A stretch of DNA of 60,332 nt from an uncultured cyanobacterium (GCA_963749915.1 CAVVOP010000030.1:1-60332), one strand, 5' to 3'; numbered from the stretch's first letter, positions 38,506-50,721 are shown. A program made the numbers and translations. Notes: generated from the letters alone by a model not told the origin.

Positions 38506-39495
38506 CTAGGGAGTAGCCACTGGTTCAGCACTTTCGATTAAATCTCCAGAAGGTGGATCTTTCATCTTCCCTTCCGCTAAAGTAATGCCGAGACGCTGTT
38601 GTAGAGCTTCTATGACCTCTTCCGCTGATTTTTGACCGAAATTCTTAATTTCCAAGAGGTCATCCTGGGAATACTCTAATAAATCAGCTACAGAGTTAAT
38701 TTGAGCTCTTTTGAGACAGTTATAAGCGCGAACCGACAGATTTAACTCTTCGATAGGAATTTGACCTGCCGGATCTTCAGGCTCTTCTGGTTCTACTAGT
38801 GTACCATCGATAACCGTTGCATCGGTTAAAGGCGAAAATAGATCAACTAAAATTTTCGAAGCCTCAGAAAGAGCCTCTTCTGGTTTAATACTGCCATTAG
38901 TCCAAATCTCTAAAATTAGGCGATCGGCTAGGTCTCCTTCAAAACGAATTTCTTCTACACTGAAGTTAACCTTATTTACAGGCATAAACACAGAATCAAT
39001 CTGTAAAAAGTCGAGAGAGCTACTTTCATCTTTGCCTTTTTGAATGGCTCGATAACCTTTGCCCTTCTCGACTCGAAATTCCATTTCCAATTTTGCCCCT
39101 TTCCCCAGTGTACAAATATACTGATTGAGTTCGACAACTTCTATTTCTGAAGGTAGATCAAACTGTGCGGCTGTAACAGTACAAGGACCTGTCGCCACTA
39201 AACGACCAATTTGGGGCGTATGAGTGTAGCTTTTGAAAACAATTCCTTTCATGTTGAGCATTATTTCTAACACATCTTCCCTCACCCCTTCAACAACAGC
39301 AAACTCGTGGTTGACGCCTGCAATTCTGACGGCAGTTACTGCTGCACCTTCTAAGTTAGATAAAAGAACTCTTCTCAAGGAGTTACCAAGAGTAATACCT
39401 TGTCCTCTTTCCAAAGGATCTAGTACAAACTTGCCATATTTCTCTTGATTTTTTTGAGTTTTATTTACTAAGCAGTCTATTTTAAACACGGCCAC
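38506..39495 (-). CDS. rpoA: RNA polymerase alpha subunit
   Basis: PLERGQG.TLGNSLRR, LSVRAYNCLKR, NFGQKS. Confidence 0.98.
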   Translation of the reverse strand: MAVFKIDCLVNKTQKNQEKYGKFVLDPLERGQGITLGNSLRRVLLSNLEGAAVTAVRIAGVNHEFAVVEGVREDVLEIMLNMKGIVFKSYTHTPQIGRLVATGPCTVTAAQFDLPSEIEVVELNQYICTLGKGAKLEMEFRVEKGKGYRAIQKGKDESSSLDFLQIDSVFMPVNKVNFSVEEIRFEGDLADRLILEIWTNGSIKPEEALSEASKILVDLFSPLTDATVIDGTLVEPEEPEDPAGQIPIEELNLSVRAYNCLKRAQINSVADLLEYSQDDLLEIKNFGQKSAEEVIEALQQRLGITLAEGKMKDPPSGDLIESAEPVATP

Positions 39496-39594
39496 AGTGG
39501 TTATTTCCTCGATTTATGAAGTCAGTTTTAGATACAAAGGTTTTAATAATCAATAACTCAAGTAGTAATTCGAGTTCATGACTATGGGAGAATT

Positions 39595-39987
39595 TTAGAC
39601 TCTGCGTCTTTTTGGGGGGCGACAGCCGTTATGAGGAATGGGGGTAATATCTCGAATCAATGTTATTTCTAACCCTGCTCCTTGTAAGGCTCTGATGGCG
39701 GTTTCTCTACCCGCACCAGGACCGCTAACCATCACATCTACTTGTTTCATTCCGTTATCCATTGCTGTACGGGCCGCACTATCCGCCGCAGTTTGAGCCG
39801 CAAAGGGAGTTCCTTTTTTTGCTCCTTTAAAACCACTCGAGCCTGCCGTTGCCCATGAAATTACGTTGCCAGTAGCATCAGTAATTGTCACAATGGTGTT
39901 ATTAAAAGTAGATTTAATATAAGCCACTCCACTGGGAATGTTTTTCTTTTGTTTTTTTGGTCCTCCCCGTTTGGTGGGTCTTGCCAT
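39595..39987 (-). CDS. rpsK: 30S ribosomal protein S11
   Basis: [22 protein letters not shown]. Confidence 0.98.
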   Translation of the reverse strand: MARPTKRGGPKKQKKNIPSGVAYIKSTFNNTIVTITDATGNVISWATAGSSGFKGAKKGTPFAAQTAADSAARTAMDNGMKQVDVMVSGPGAGRETAIRALQGAGLEITLIRDITPIPHNGCRPPKRRRV

Positions 39988-40165
39988 GCCGAATTTACCT
40001 CTTTAACTGATTTTGTTTAATGGAGTTTTTGATGAATTGAATTAGTTGGTTTTTTGGGTAGTGATGAGTTATCACCAAACTTTTCTATAAGGTGTTCTTA
40101 GATTTTTATCAACCCGAACAAAACAGTGTTTCAGGATGACTTGTGCTAAAATACATTCCTTCTAT

Positions 40166-40546
40166 TTATTTCTTCGGAGCTTTTTTCTTCCCAGCGATGG
40201 CAGCTTTACGCCCTCTGCGAGTTCTGGCATTAGTACGGGTTCTTTGTCCTCTCAAGGGTAATCCCTGACGATGACGACGACCCCTGTAAGTACCGATATC
40301 TCCTAGGCGCTTAATGTTCATCGCTTCCAAACGACGCAAATCCCCCTCAATTTGGAAATTTTCGTCAATGTAGACTCTTAATTTAGCAACATCTTCATCG
40401 TTCAAATCTCTGACCCTTATATCTGGGTTAACCCCTGTGGCCGCCAGGATTTTTTGAGATGTTGATAAACCAATACCATACAAGTAGGTAAGTCCTATTT
40501 CTACTCGTTTATCACGAGGTAAGTCAATACCGGATATCCTTGCCAT
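40166..40546 (-). CDS. rpsM: 30S ribosomal protein S13
   Basis: [22 protein letters not shown]; start corrected to ATG 40546. Confidence 0.97.
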   Translation of the reverse strand: MARISGIDLPRDKRVEIGLTYLYGIGLSTSQKILAATGVNPDIRVRDLNDEDVAKLRVYIDENFQIEGDLRRLEAMNIKRLGDIGTYRGRRHRQGLPLRGQRTRTNARTRRGRKAAIAGKKKAPKK

Positions 40547-40634
40547 GTTTTCGTTTCCTTTGTTAATCTCGCTATTATTACCAATAAATTTAGTCAATTT
40601 TCAGTGTTAATGAGTTACACTGATGGTTAAGAAT

Positions 40635-40748
40635 TTATCCCTGACGTTGTTTATGTTTGGGGTTAGAACAGATGACCATCACCCGTCCTTTCCGACGGAT
40701 AACACGGCACTTGTCGCAAATTTTTTTGACTGATGCTCTTACTTTCAT
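40635..40748 (-). CDS. rpmJ: 50S ribosomal protein L36
   Basis: Not in ORF track; [37 protein letters not shown] (37 aa). Confidence 0.98.
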   Translation of the reverse strand: MKVRASVKKICDKCRVIRRKGRVMVICSNPKHKQRQG

Positions 40749-40775
40749 AGTAGTAGTTTTCACTGCAAGCTTTTA

Positions 40776-40804
40776 ATTATAACAGGATTTGATACCTGTG
40801 TCAA
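40776..40804 (-). promoter_or_regulatory. consensus sigma70 promoter for rpmJ-rpsM-rpsK-rpoA
   Basis: minus strand TTGACA-N17-TATAAT, perfect consensus. Confidence 0.85.
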
Positions 40805-40947
40805 ACATAGGTTGGTTATATAAGTCAAGTGATTTTTCGAGATTTTTTTTCATCTTTCGAGATTCATTATTTTGTCTCTTCATCATGATTTAATTAAATC
40901 ATCACTTTTGGCTAAGAAATAATCATCAATAATTAATTACAAGGAAA

Positions 40948-41178
40948 TTATCCCTTTTTGCCTTTGAGTCGATAGGTAATTCTTCCTTTGCTTAAGTCAT
41001 AAGGAGTTAACTCGACTTTCACTCGATCCCCGGGCAAAATTTTGATGTAATTTCTTCTAATTTTCCCGGCGATATGAGCTAAAACATTGAAACCGTTATC
41101 TAAATCCACCCTAAACATTGCGTTCGGTAGTGATTCGGTAACAGTTCCTTCCATTTCAATGAGATCTTTTTTAGACAT
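40948..41178 (-). CDS. infA: translation initiation factor IF-1
   Basis: [23 protein letters not shown]. Confidence 0.98.
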   Translation of the reverse strand: MSKKDLIEMEGTVTESLPNAMFRVDLDNGFNVLAHIAGKIRRNYIKILPGDRVKVELTPYDLSKGRITYRLKGKKG

Positions 41179-41264
41179 AGTGGTAATAATCCCTTTATTG
41201 GTTTGATGTAATCCTTGTTGATTTTATCAAATCTATTTTCCCTTCAAAATCAAAGTAGATCATT

Positions 41265-41819
41265 TTAGGATTTAACTATGGTTTCTAATTCTTCACTGAT
41301 TTGGGAAAGTTCCCGATCGCCATTAACATTTATAAGTAACTGATGTTGTTGGTAATAGTCAATTAAGGGGGCAGTTTGCTGACGATAAACTTGTAAACGA
41401 TTGCTAATAGTCGCAGAATTATCATCTTTTCTGCCTCTACCCAAGAGACGTTCCCTTAACACAGAATCAGGTACATCAAGGTTAACAACGCCGTTACAGA
41501 CTTGATTTAACTCCTGAAGAAGATTCATTAAAAAATCCGCTTGAGGAACATTACGGGGGAAGCCGTCGAGAATCCATCCTTTTTGAGCATCTTCTTGTCC
41601 TAATCTTTCTTGGATTAACTCTAAAATGAGCTCGTCGGGGACTAAATCACCGTTATCAACATAACCTTTAGCTTTTAGCCCTAAAGGAGTTTTATTGGTG
41701 ATGGCATCTCTGAGAATTTCCCCCGTAGAAATATGAGGGATACCCAGATTTTGGGAGAGAATTTGGGCTTGAGTACCTTTACCTGCACCCGGAGCCCCTA
41801 AAAATATAAATTTTGTCAT
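41265..41819 (-). CDS. adk: adenylate kinase
   Basis: GAPGAGKGTQ, LDGFPR. Confidence 0.97.
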   Translation of the reverse strand: MTKFIFLGAPGAGKGTQAQILSQNLGIPHISTGEILRDAITNKTPLGLKAKGYVDNGDLVPDELILELIQERLGQEDAQKGWILDGFPRNVPQADFLMNLLQELNQVCNGVVNLDVPDSVLRERLLGRGRKDDNSATISNRLQVYRQQTAPLIDYYQQHQLLINVNGDRELSQISEELETIVKS

Positions 41820-41842
41820 TCTTTTTTAATTGACAGTTGACA

Positions 41843-41916
41843 GTAGGGGACTAGTGAGAGCGTAACCCAACAAAATATTTAGGGTGTTAGGTTCAAGTTT
41901 GCTCAACCTAACCTAC
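41843..41916. repeat. REP doublet (REPIN-like) between secY and adk
   Basis: GTAGG... start, ...CCTAC end; AACCCAAC / GTTAGGTT arms; internal GTTAGGTT..AACCTAAC hairpin. Confidence 0.6.
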
Positions 41917-41919
41917 AAC

Positions 41920-43233
41920 TTATTGTTTCACCATCCCTTCATAACGTTGGGAAATGACATAGGTTTGAACCTGTTTAGCAGTATCAATGGCAACCCCTAC
42001 TAAAATTAATAAGGATGTTGCACCGAATCCTTGAAAGGTTGTTACCCCAGTGGCACTCTCTACAAATGTGGGAACCGTAGCTACAATCGTCAAGAAAATC
42101 GCCCCTAAGAGAGTAAGACGATTTAAAACCCCTTCTAAATAGGCGATCGTAGCTTTCCCTGGGCGAATACCGGGAATACTTGTCCCCATTTTTTTCAAGT
42201 TTTGGGCTATGTCTTCGGGATTAGAAATCAAAGAAGCATAGAAATAACTAAAAAAGATAATGAGTAAAGAATAGGTAACTACATACCAGATTGAACCTGG
42301 ACGCAATGCTAAAGCGACTTGATTCAAAAGGGCATTAAAAGGGGTTTGTTCGGCAAAACCCGCCACAGAAGAAGGTAACACTAACACTGCGGAGGCAAAA
42401 ATGATAGGCATTACCCCACCCTGATTAAGTCGCAAAGGTAAGTAACTAGTTCTTTCTCTGTATAATCTTCTGCCTACTTGACGACGGGCGGAGATAATCG
42501 GGATTCGCCGAGTACCCTCTTGGACAAAAACAATACCCACGATCATCACTAAGAACACGAGAACTAAGATGAGAACTTGGGCAATAGCTTGTCTACCTCC
42601 CGTTTGGGCGTAGTCAATGGTATTAGCTAAAGTTTGCGGTAAAACAGCAACGATATTGACAAAAATCAACAAAGAAGCTCCATTTCCTAAACCTCTCTCG
42701 GTGATCAACTCCGATACCCACATAACGAACATTGAGCCTGCGGTAATTGCCAATACAGTTTGGACAATAAACCAAGGGGTATCATTAACCGCATAAGGTC
42801 GTAGCAAACCAACGGTAATTCCGGTACTTTGAATGATTGCCCATCCTAAAGCAACATATCGGGTAATCTGAGCAATTTTACGCCGTCCGATTTCCCCTTC
42901 ATTTTTTTGTAAGTCTTCCAAGGCAGGAATAGCAGAGGCCAACAACTGCATAATAATGGAAGCATTAATGTAGGGTAAAATTCCTAAGGCAAAAATACCA
43001 ACAGTGGCTAAACCTCCCCCAGTAAAGATGTTTAAAAATCCTAAAAAGGGAAGATTTTGTACTGCGGCTTCAAATGCTTGTCGATCAATTCCGGGTACAG
43101 GTATATAAATCCCCAAGCGAATCAAGATTAATAATCCTAGGGTGATGAGCAAACGACTCCTTAGCCCCGCGGCTTGAGCCATTTGCATAAAGGTTTCTTG
43201 AGCGGTTGGAGTTTTTTCTTTACTAACAACCAT
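41920..43233 (-). CDS. secY: preprotein translocase SecY
   Basis: LGILPYINASII, GVMPIIFAS, PGIRPG. Confidence 0.98.
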   Translation of the reverse strand: MVVSKEKTPTAQETFMQMAQAAGLRSRLLITLGLLILIRLGIYIPVPGIDRQAFEAAVQNLPFLGFLNIFTGGGLATVGIFALGILPYINASIIMQLLASAIPALEDLQKNEGEIGRRKIAQITRYVALGWAIIQSTGITVGLLRPYAVNDTPWFIVQTVLAITAGSMFVMWVSELITERGLGNGASLLIFVNIVAVLPQTLANTIDYAQTGGRQAIAQVLILVLVFLVMIVGIVFVQEGTRRIPIISARRQVGRRLYRERTSYLPLRLNQGGVMPIIFASAVLVLPSSVAGFAEQTPFNALLNQVALALRPGSIWYVVTYSLLIIFFSYFYASLISNPEDIAQNLKKMGTSIPGIRPGKATIAYLEGVLNRLTLLGAIFLTIVATVPTFVESATGVTTFQGFGATSLLILVGVAIDTAKQVQTYVISQRYEGMVKQ

Positions 43234-43409
43234 GATCTTATTTATCTATATAAATGGTGGATAATTGAGTTAGGAGTTCGCAGAAATGAAAAATAAAATA
43301 ATCTTCTAGTTTCCTAGTCTCTCTTTCTTTTTACCTTGGTCCTAACACGAAACTCTCGTTAGTAATATCTTGACACTAATTAACCATTATTGCTTTGAGC
43401 ATTTTTTGG

Positions 43410-43853
43410 TTAAGGATTAGTTATAGTACCTCCCGCCCCTTCAATTTTGGCCTGAGCAGATTTACTCCATGCCGTTGCTTTAACCTTAAGGGGAACTCCT
43501 AATTCACCATTACCAAGAATTTTCAAAGGACCATCATTAGTGGTGACAATACCGGCTACCATCAAAGATTCTAAAGTTACTTCAGTATTGGGGGCTAAAG
43601 TCGCTAGTTTTTCAACATTGATGATGGTAAATTCTTTGTGATTGATGAGTTTAAAGTGTTTTAACTTAGGTACCCGTCTGTAAAGGGGCATTTGTCCACC
43701 TTCAAAACCGGGCTTCGTACCCGTACCAGAGCGAGATTTTTGTCCTCTCATGCCAAAACCGCCACTAGCACCTTGACCAGCGGAAATACCTCTACCGATA
43801 CGGCGACGACGTTTTTTTGATGTAGGCTTAGGGGATAGTTGATGAAGTCTCAT
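43410..43853 (-). CDS. rplO: 50S ribosomal protein L15
   Basis: [15 protein letters not shown]. Confidence 0.98.
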   Translation of the reverse strand: MRLHQLSPKPTSKKRRRRIGRGISAGQGASGGFGMRGQKSRSGTGTKPGFEGGQMPLYRRVPKLKHFKLINHKEFTIINVEKLATLAPNTEVTLESLMVAGIVTTNDGPLKILGNGELGVPLKVKATAWSKSAQAKIEGAGGTITNP

Positions 43854-43882
43854 AATGATTATGGGATGATTGATAAGAGCAC

Positions 43883-44431
43883 TTATGAATAAATTTGTTG
43901 TAAAGGAATTTCTCTGTCTTTTGCCACTTGAGAAAAACTGCGAATTTGCCCTAGGGCATTAACAGCCGCTCTGGCATTATTCAAAGGATTATTAGAGCCT
44001 TGTTGCTTCGCCAGAATATTTTTAATTCCGGCTAATTCTAAGACGGTACGAACTGCACCCCCGGCAATTACCCCAGTACCCTGAGCCGCGGGACGCATAA
44101 AGACTTTTGCCCCTCCGGCCGTACCACTACTTACATGGGTAATAGAACTAGCTTTGTTGATGTTGATGGATATGAGGTGTTTTTTACCGTCAGTAACAGC
44201 TTTACGCACGGCATTAATAACATCCCCGGCTTTACCCACTCCGACACCAACTTGTCCTTTTTCGTTACCGACAACGACAATAGCCCTGAAGCTGAGTTTT
44301 TTACCACCTTTAACTACTTTGCTAACTCGGCGGATTTGGACAACTCTTTCTTGCCAAGTGTTATCTTTTTTCTCTTTACGTTGCTTTCTTTGCTTACCGC
44401 CTCTGCGTTCTTGTTCCCGTTCTTTTACCAT
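43883..44431 (-). CDS. rpsE: 30S ribosomal protein S5
   Basis: [17 protein letters not shown]. Confidence 0.98.
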   Translation of the reverse strand: MVKEREQERRGGKQRKQRKEKKDNTWQERVVQIRRVSKVVKGGKKLSFRAIVVVGNEKGQVGVGVGKAGDVINAVRKAVTDGKKHLISININKASSITHVSSGTAGGAKVFMRPAAQGTGVIAGGAVRTVLELAGIKNILAKQQGSNNPLNNARAAVNALGQIRSFSQVAKDREIPLQQIYS

Positions 44432-44443
44432 AATAAATTCCTC

Positions 44444-44806
44444 TTAGAAGTTAAGACCAGATTCACGAGCAGCATCAGCTAAAGCCTTGACTCGTCCATG
44501 ATAGAGATTTCCACCACGATCAAAGACTACTTTTTCAATGCCTTTAGATAATGCCCTTTGAGCCACTAATTTGCCAACTTCGGCGGAAGCATCACAATTA
44601 GAGGTATTAGTCAATTTTTCCTTTAACTCTTTATCCACAGTAGATGCGGATACTAAGGTATGCTGAGCCACATCGTCAATGATTTGAGCGTAAATGTGAA
44701 GGTTAGAGCGAAATACTGCTAACCGAGGGCGATGGGCAGTGCCAGCCACTTTCTTACGAATACGCAAATGACGACGTTGTACGAGATCTTTCCGGTTAAT
44801 GGTCAT
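44444..44806 (-). CDS. rplR: 50S ribosomal protein L18
   Basis: [20 protein letters not shown]. Confidence 0.98.
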   Translation of the reverse strand: MTINRKDLVQRRHLRIRKKVAGTAHRPRLAVFRSNLHIYAQIIDDVAQHTLVSASTVDKELKEKLTNTSNCDASAEVGKLVAQRALSKGIEKVVFDRGGNLYHGRVKALADAARESGLNF

Positions 44807-44808
44807 AA

Positions 44809-45348
44809 TTATTTCTTACCTGCTTTACCTACTTTACGTCTTACATATTCCCCTGCATAACGAATACCTTTTCCTTTATAGACTTCAGGAGGACGAACGG
44901 CACGGATTTTGGCGGCGACGTTACCTACTAATTCCTTGTCTATGCCAGTGATCACCACTTCGGTATTGGTATTAACTGCCACGTTAATTCCTTGGGGCAT
45001 TTGCATTTCTACGGGTTTACTGTAACCCACGTTGAGAGTTAGTTTCGCTCCTTGAGCCTGGGCCCGATAACCGACCCCTCGAATTTCTAATTTTTTCTCA
45101 AAACCTTGACTAACACCATCAACCATGTTAGATACTAAAGTACGACATAAGCCGTGTCTTTCTCTGGCTTTACGAGAATCATTATCACGGGTGACGTGAA
45201 TTTCTTGTCCTTGTTGAACTATTGAGATCAAAGAGGGCAAATCTCTGAATAAGTTACCTTTTGGACCGGTAACATTTACTTGTTGTCCATCAATTTTTAT
45301 TTCTACCTTTGCAGGTATGGTTATAGGACGTTTTCCAATACGAGACAT
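44809..45348 (-). CDS. rplF: 50S ribosomal protein L6
   Basis: [14 protein letters not shown]. Confidence 0.98.
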   Translation of the reverse strand: MSRIGKRPITIPAKVEIKIDGQQVNVTGPKGNLFRDLPSLISIVQQGQEIHVTRDNDSRKARERHGLCRTLVSNMVDGVSQGFEKKLEIRGVGYRAQAQGAKLTLNVGYSKPVEMQMPQGINVAVNTNTEVVITGIDKELVGNVAAKIRAVRPPEVYKGKGIRYAGEYVRRKVGKAGKK

Positions 45349-45392
45349 GATTTTAATTGATAATGGATAATTAATAGTGAAACATGTAGGGA

Positions 45393-45453
45393 AATGTAGA
45401 ATGTAGAATTTAGAATGCCTACTTTTTAATTCTTAATTCTTAATTCTTAATTC
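45393..45453. repeat. heptamer tandem repeats (AATGTAG)n and (TTAATTC)n
   Basis: visible tandem copies in rpsH-rplF spacer. Confidence 0.7.
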
Positions 45454-45855
45454 CTACCAGATATAGCAGAGAACCTCTCCACCAATACCCTGTTTTCTTG
45501 CTTCTCGATCAGTCATAATGCCGTGGGAAGTAGAAACAATAGCGACGCCGATGCCGCCTAATACCCTAGGTAGGTCTTTTTTCTTGCTATATACCCTCAA
45601 ACCAGGAGTACTTACTCTGCGGATGTTTTGGATAATCGGTTGACGGTTTCTGCCTTTGTATTTAAGGGAAACTACGATATTTTTTTTGACTCCTTCGCCA
45701 GTTTCTTCATAACTGATGATAAAACCTTCGCTTTTGAGTACCTCAGCAATACTGCGAGTCATCCGAGTGCTAGGAATATTCACGGTGGAATGACGTACGG
45801 CACAAGCGTTGCGAATACGAGTCAGCATATCTGAAATAGTGTCGTGTGCTGGCAT
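45454..45855 (-). CDS. rpsH: 30S ribosomal protein S8
   Basis: [20 protein letters not shown]. Confidence 0.98.
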   Translation of the reverse strand: MPAHDTISDMLTRIRNACAVRHSTVNIPSTRMTRSIAEVLKSEGFIISYEETGEGVKKNIVVSLKYKGRNRQPIIQNIRRVSTPGLRVYSKKKDLPRVLGGIGVAIVSTSHGIMTDREARKQGIGGEVLCYIW

Positions 45856-45884
45856 TCTTTCTTCTTTTCCTCTGTTACCTTAAT

Positions 45885-46427
45885 TTATTTTTCGCGAAAG
45901 GGCATTCCCATTTCTTTTAGCAAAGCCCGTCCTTCTTCGTCGGTGTTAGCAGTGGTGATGATGGAAACATCAAAGCCACGAAGCTGATCGATAGTGTCAT
46001 AGCTGATTTCGGGAAAGATTAACTGTTCCCGTACCCCTAAGCTATAGTTACCTCTGCCGTCAAAACTTTTAGGACTAACACCGCGAAAGTCCCGAATGCG
46101 AGGTAATGCAAGGCTAATGAGACGATCTAAGAAAGAATACATTTTATCAGATCTTAGGGTCACCATGGCTCCGACGGGCATTCCCTGACGAATTTTAAAA
46201 CCGGCGATCGCTTTTTTCGCACGGGTAACAACAGGTTTTTGTCCGGTAATCACAGCTAGTTCACTCAGAGACGACTCCAGTGCTTTAGCATTCTGTGATG
46301 CTTCTCCTAAACCTCGATTGATAACAATTTTGACTACTTTAGGTATTTGATGAACGTTAGTGTAACCAAATTGCTCTTTGAGTTTAGCAGTAATAGTTTC
46401 TTGGTAATAAGTTTTTAGTCTTGACAT
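45885..46427 (-). CDS. rplE: 50S ribosomal protein L5
   Basis: [22 protein letters not shown]. Confidence 0.98.
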   Translation of the reverse strand: MSRLKTYYQETITAKLKEQFGYTNVHQIPKVVKIVINRGLGEASQNAKALESSLSELAVITGQKPVVTRAKKAIAGFKIRQGMPVGAMVTLRSDKMYSFLDRLISLALPRIRDFRGVSPKSFDGRGNYSLGVREQLIFPEISYDTIDQLRGFDVSIITTANTDEEGRALLKEMGMPFREK

Positions 46428-46486
46428 TACGGTGTTTACTAATGGGTATAAAATAAACCGTTGATTCTGAAAATTACCACGGTGAG

Positions 46487-46843
46487 TTAGTCGATTATCT
46501 CGCCAGTTTTTTTCAGTTTTCTAACCTTTTTGCCTTCCTCAGTCAGTACATAGTTAATACGACTAGCTACTTTTTCTTTTTCTGAGTAAAGCATAACTTT
46601 ACAGCTATGAATGGGGGCTTCAAATGTACTAATCTGACCACTCTCACCCTCTTGTCTGGGTTTAACGTGTTTAGTTCTAATATTGACGCCTTTGACAATC
46701 ACAGTGCTGTCTTTGGGAATAGCTTGGAGGATTTCTCCGACTTTACCCTTATCTTTACCAGAGATAATTTGCACTGTGTCACCTTTTTTGACGTGCATTT
46801 TATATCTTCCGAGAGCTGGTTTTTTCTTTTTTAATGATCTCAT
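46487..46843 (-). CDS. rplX: 50S ribosomal protein L24
   Basis: KKGDTV..GKDKGK, EAPIH. Confidence 0.97.
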   Translation of the reverse strand: MRSLKKKKPALGRYKMHVKKGDTVQIISGKDKGKVGEILQAIPKDSTVIVKGVNIRTKHVKPRQEGESGQISTFEAPIHSCKVMLYSEKEKVASRINYVLTEEGKKVRKLKKTGEIID

Positions 46844-46846
46844 TGT

Positions 46847-47215
46847 TTAGAGTACCTCCGGTGCGAGAGAGATAATTTTAGTAAAGTTTTTATCCCGTAA
46901 TTCACGAGCCACAGGACCAAAAACACGAGTGCCTCTGGGGTTGTTGTCTTTATTAATAATGACGGCGGCGTTATCATCAAAACGAATACTCATGCCACTG
47001 TCACGGCGTAAAGACTGCTTCGTGCGTACGATCACTGCTCTTACGATGTCGGATTTTTTCACTGCCATGTTAGGAATTGCATCTTTAACTACAGCAATAA
47101 TTACGTCCCCGATGCCTCCGTAAGTACAGTTACCAGTAGATAACACTCGTAAGCACATAATCTTACGGGCACCACTGTTATCGGCTACATTTAGGTAACT
47201 TTGTTGTTGAATCAT
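46847..47215 (-). CDS. rplN: 50S ribosomal protein L14
   Basis: [22 protein letters not shown]. Confidence 0.98.
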   Translation of the reverse strand: MIQQQSYLNVADNSGARKIMCLRVLSTGNCTYGGIGDVIIAVVKDAIPNMAVKKSDIVRAVIVRTKQSLRRDSGMSIRFDDNAAVIINKDNNPRGTRVFGPVARELRDKNFTKIISLAPEVL

Positions 47216-47266
47216 TCTAGTTAATTATTTGATTGATTATGGGAATGAAGAAAACTATCATCGACC

Positions 47267-47521
47267 CTAAATAGCAACTGCTTTGGTAACAACAATTTCT
47301 GCTAATTCCCAGCGTTTGGTTTTGCTGAGGGGACGAGTTTCTCTGATTCTCACGCGATCGCCTTCTCTACATTGATTTTCAGGATCGTGTGCTTTATATT
47401 TTTTGGTTTTAACGACAATTTTGCCGTATTTGGGGTGAGGAGAGCGATTTTCGACGGCAACAACGGCGGTTTTATCCATTTTGTTGCTAACGACTACACC
47501 CACTCTTTCTTTAACTGCCAT
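47267..47521 (-). CDS. rpsQ: 30S ribosomal protein S17
   Basis: [20 protein letters not shown]. Confidence 0.98.
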   Translation of the reverse strand: MAVKERVGVVVSNKMDKTAVVAVENRSPHPKYGKIVVKTKKYKAHDPENQCREGDRVRIRETRPLSKTKRWELAEIVVTKAVAI

Positions 47522-47535
47522 AGATTAGTTACTCC

Positions 47536-47766
47536 TTATGCTTGAGTAGTGGTAGCGGTTGCTGTACCTGCTGCCTGACGTTCTGTTTGTACAGTAAGCA
47601 GTTGAGCAATCCAGTGTTTGGTGTGCTTAAACTCGTGAGGTTTTTCTAAACGCCCAGTAGTTTGCTGAAGTCTGAGTTGAAAAAGCTTTTTTTTTGCTGT
47701 CACAATCTCAGCAGTCAATTCTTCATCGTTTAATTTTCTTGCATCTGCAACTTTAGGGAGTGCCAT
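47536..47766 (-). CDS. rpmC: 50S ribosomal protein L29
   Basis: LFQLRLQ, IAQLLT; gene order. Confidence 0.95.
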   Translation of the reverse strand: MALPKVADARKLNDEELTAEIVTAKKKLFQLRLQQTTGRLEKPHEFKHTKHWIAQLLTVQTERQAAGTATATTTQA

Positions 47767-47772
47767 AGGGAC

Positions 47773-48189
47773 TTAATATTCCTCCGACCTGCTAATAAAT
47801 TTGGTTTTGATGGGGAGTTTTTGAGCCGCTAAACGCATAGCTTCTCTGGCGGTAGCTTCAGGAATCCCTGCGATTTCAAACATAATCCTGCCAGGTTTAA
47901 CTACGGCTACCCAAAATTCGGGATTTCCTTTACCAGAACCCATACGAGTTTCGGCAGGACGCATGGTTACAGGTTTATCTGGGAAAATACGAATCCAGAT
48001 TTTACCTCCTCTACGGACATAACGAGTAATTGCCCGTCTAGCCGCTTCAATTTGACGAGCGGTAATCCAACAAGGTTCGATGGCCTGAAGACCAAAATCT
48101 CCAAAGTTAATGGAGTTGCCCCTGTAGGCATTCCCTGTCATTCTGCCCCGATGTTGTTTACGGAATTTCGTTCTTCTTGGACTTAACAT
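47773..48189 (-). CDS. rplP: 50S ribosomal protein L16
   Basis: [14 protein letters not shown]. Confidence 0.98.
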   Translation of the reverse strand: MLSPRRTKFRKQHRGRMTGNAYRGNSINFGDFGLQAIEPCWITARQIEAARRAITRYVRRGGKIWIRIFPDKPVTMRPAETRMGSGKGNPEFWVAVVKPGRIMFEIAGIPEATAREAMRLAAQKLPIKTKFISRSEEY

Positions 48190-48321
48190 GATTCTTAGTT
48201 AATAAGAGTTTGTCGCTGATTTGGACGGTTTTTTTTTCACAGTTAAAGGTTTATAGTTCTTGAAATCAAGAGTTATTCCCTTCAACCAAAACGACTGAAA
48301 AATATAATTATCAATTATCGA

Positions 48322-49041
48322 TTATTCAGAGCGATCTTCAAATTTTTGACGACGGGGCTTTTTACGTCCCTGTTTCGCCTTAGTATTAGCTCTTAAGTCT
48401 TCTTCTCCGGGGATAATTTCACCTTTGAAAATCCAGACTTTGACTCCCAAAATCCCGTAAATAGTACTAGCAGTTTTATAGGAATAGTCAATGTCGGCTC
48501 TCAGGGTATGAAGAGGTACACGACCTTCCCGGATCCACTCGGTGCGGGCGATTTCCGCACCGTTAAGACGACCACTGACTTGGATTTTGATACCTAATAC
48601 TTCAGCTTTTTGAGCTCTTTGAATGGCTTGTCTTACAACTCGGCGGAAAGATACACGTCTTTCGAGTTGAGAGGTGATAAATTCAGCCATGAGAGCGGCG
48701 TTGGCGTCAACGTTGGCTACTTCAATGACATTAACTCTAAATTGACGTTGATTTTTGAGCAATGCTTGTAAATCAGTACGCAATTTTTCAATGCCTTGAC
48801 CACCTTTACCCACTACCACACCGGGTCTAGCGGTGTGGATGGAGAGGTCAATTTGATCCGCTTTACGATCGATTTTTATATCAGCAATACTAGCGTTACC
48901 GAGATTTTTGTCAATGTATTGACGGATTTTGTGATCTTCTTGAAGAAGTTGAGGGTAAAATTTCGGATCAGCATACCAACAGGAAGAGTGTTCCTTTGTA
49001 TAGCCGAGACGAAAACCAATTGGATGTACTTTTTGTCCCAT
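48322..49041 (-). CDS. rpsC: 30S ribosomal protein S3
   Basis: [27 protein letters not shown]. Confidence 0.98.
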   Translation of the reverse strand: MGQKVHPIGFRLGYTKEHSSCWYADPKFYPQLLQEDHKIRQYIDKNLGNASIADIKIDRKADQIDLSIHTARPGVVVGKGGQGIEKLRTDLQALLKNQRQFRVNVIEVANVDANAALMAEFITSQLERRVSFRRVVRQAIQRAQKAEVLGIKIQVSGRLNGAEIARTEWIREGRVPLHTLRADIDYSYKTASTIYGILGVKVWIFKGEIIPGEEDLRANTKAKQGRKKPRRQKFEDRSE

Positions 49042-49072
49042 GTTATTTTTGTTATTCCTTTTTCATGGTGAA

Positions 49073-49447
49073 CTATACCGTCGGAGCTACTGCCACAGTG
49101 ATATGACAGGTACGCTTACGGATTTGATAAGCACGACCTTGTGCTCTAGGACGGAAACGTTTTAAAGTAGGACCACCGTCAGCAAAGGCTTTACTGATAA
49201 CTAATTCAGAGGGCTCTAAACCTTGATTGTGTTCAGCATTCGCCACAGCAGAACGGAGAACCTTAATAATCGGTTCACAAGCACGATAGGGCATAAATTC
49301 GAGAATAATTAATGCTTCTCGGTAACTACGCCCCCGAATTTGATCTAATACCCGTCTTACCTTGGATGGTGACATTCTGATATAACGAGCGATCGCTTTT
49401 ACTTCTTGGGAGGTATCCACCTCTGGTTTTTCCTGTGTTTTAGCCAT
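49073..49447 (-). CDS. rplV: 50S ribosomal protein L22
   Basis: [16 protein letters not shown]. Confidence 0.98.
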   Translation of the reverse strand: MAKTQEKPEVDTSQEVKAIARYIRMSPSKVRRVLDQIRGRSYREALIILEFMPYRACEPIIKVLRSAVANAEHNQGLEPSELVISKAFADGGPTLKRFRPRAQGRAYQIRKRTCHITVAVAPTV

Positions 49448-49552
49448 GATAATGATTGCAATAAAGAGTTATAGGCAGATAATTATGAGAATAATTAACG
49501 AAATCCGAACTTTGGTCAGTAGAACTGAGAAACAGAACCCCGAACTCCGAAC

Positions 49553-49834
49553 TTATCTTCTGCCGGCCCTTTTATCACTTTTAGCGTGACCTCGGAAGGT
49601 TCGAGTAGGAGCAAATTCTCCTAATTTATGACCCACCATTTGCTCGGTGATAAAGATAGGAACGTGTTGACGACCATTATGAACGGCGATGGTATGACCA
49701 ATCATTTGAGGAATGATAGTGGAAGCACGGGACCAAGTTTTAACTACTTGTTTTTCCCCTTTGTTGTTCAATTTTTCAATTTTGGACAGGAGGCTATCCG
49801 CTATAAATGGTCCTTTTTTCAGTGAACGACTCAT
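49553..49834 (-). CDS. rpsS: 30S ribosomal protein S19
   Basis: [19 protein letters not shown]. Confidence 0.98.
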   Translation of the reverse strand: MSRSLKKGPFIADSLLSKIEKLNNKGEKQVVKTWSRASTIIPQMIGHTIAVHNGRQHVPIFITEQMVGHKLGEFAPTRTFRGHAKSDKRAGRR

Positions 49835-49878
49835 GAATTTTCCTTATTAATTCTGCGGTTAAAATCTCGTAGGTCTTC

Positions 49879-50721
49879 TTATTTGCCTTTATTGGCATTA
49901 CGACGACGCACGATGTATTTGCTACTGAGTTTTTTCTTCTTACGAGTTTTCTTGCCTAAAGCAGGCTGACCCCAAGGAGAAACAGGTCCAGAACGACCAA
50001 TAGGAGCCCGTCCTTCACCACCACCATGGGGATGATCTACAGGGTTCATGGCACTTCCTCTGACATGAGGTCTGATACCTAAATGGCGAGTCTTACCAGC
50101 TTTTCCACGTATGAGGTTTCTGGCTTCGATATTTCCTACCCGTCCGATAGTGGCATAACATTCTTTACGAACCATCCGCACCTCTTTGGAAGGTAACTTC
50201 AGGGTAACGTAATTACCCTCTTTTGCCATCAATTGAGCAAAACCACCGGCTGCACGAACGATTTGACCGCCTTTTCCTTTGGTGAGTTCAATGTTATGAA
50301 TCTCTGTACCAAGGGGAATTTTTTCTAAAGGTAAAGCATTACCAATTTCATAAGGAGCATCAGCACTAGCGATAATACTAGTACCCAGTTGGATACCTGC
50401 TGGAGCTAGAATATATCTTTTTTCGCCGTCTTCATACTGCACAAGGGCAATACGAGCGTTACGGTTAGGATCATATTCAACAGCGATTACTTCGGCATTA
50501 ATATCTCTTTTATCCCTTTTGAAGTCGATAATTCGATAAAGTTTTTTGTGTCCGCCGCCACGATGACGACTGGTAATTACACCTCTATTATTACGTCCTT
50601 TTTTACGATGAACGTATTTTGTCAGAGACTTTTCCGGAGTGCTTTTTGTGATTTCTGAAAAATCTGAGCTTACCGCTTGTCTTCTACCCGGTGTATATGG
50701 TCTATATGTACGAACACCCAT
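49879..50721 (-). CDS. rplB: 50S ribosomal protein L2
   Basis: [21 protein letters not shown]. Confidence 0.98.
   Translation of the reverse strand: MGVRTYRPYTPGRRQAVSSDFSEITKSTPEKSLTKYVHRKKGRNNRGVITSRHRGGGHKKLYRIIDFKRDKRDINAEVIAVEYDPNRNARIALVQYEDGEKRYILAPAGIQLGTSIIASADAPYEIGNALPLEKIPLGTEIHNIELTKGKGGQIVRAAGGFAQLMAKEGNYVTLKLPSKEVRMVRKECYATIGRVGNIEARNLIRGKAGKTRHLGIRPHVRGSAMNPVDHPHGGGEGRAPIGRSGPVSPWGQPALGKKTRKKKKLSSKYIVRRRNANKGK

Noticed and set aside
44135..49825. antisense ORFs within ribosomal genes (and similar shadows in purF, narB, rne, moaA)
   Set aside because: Shadow frames of conserved genes
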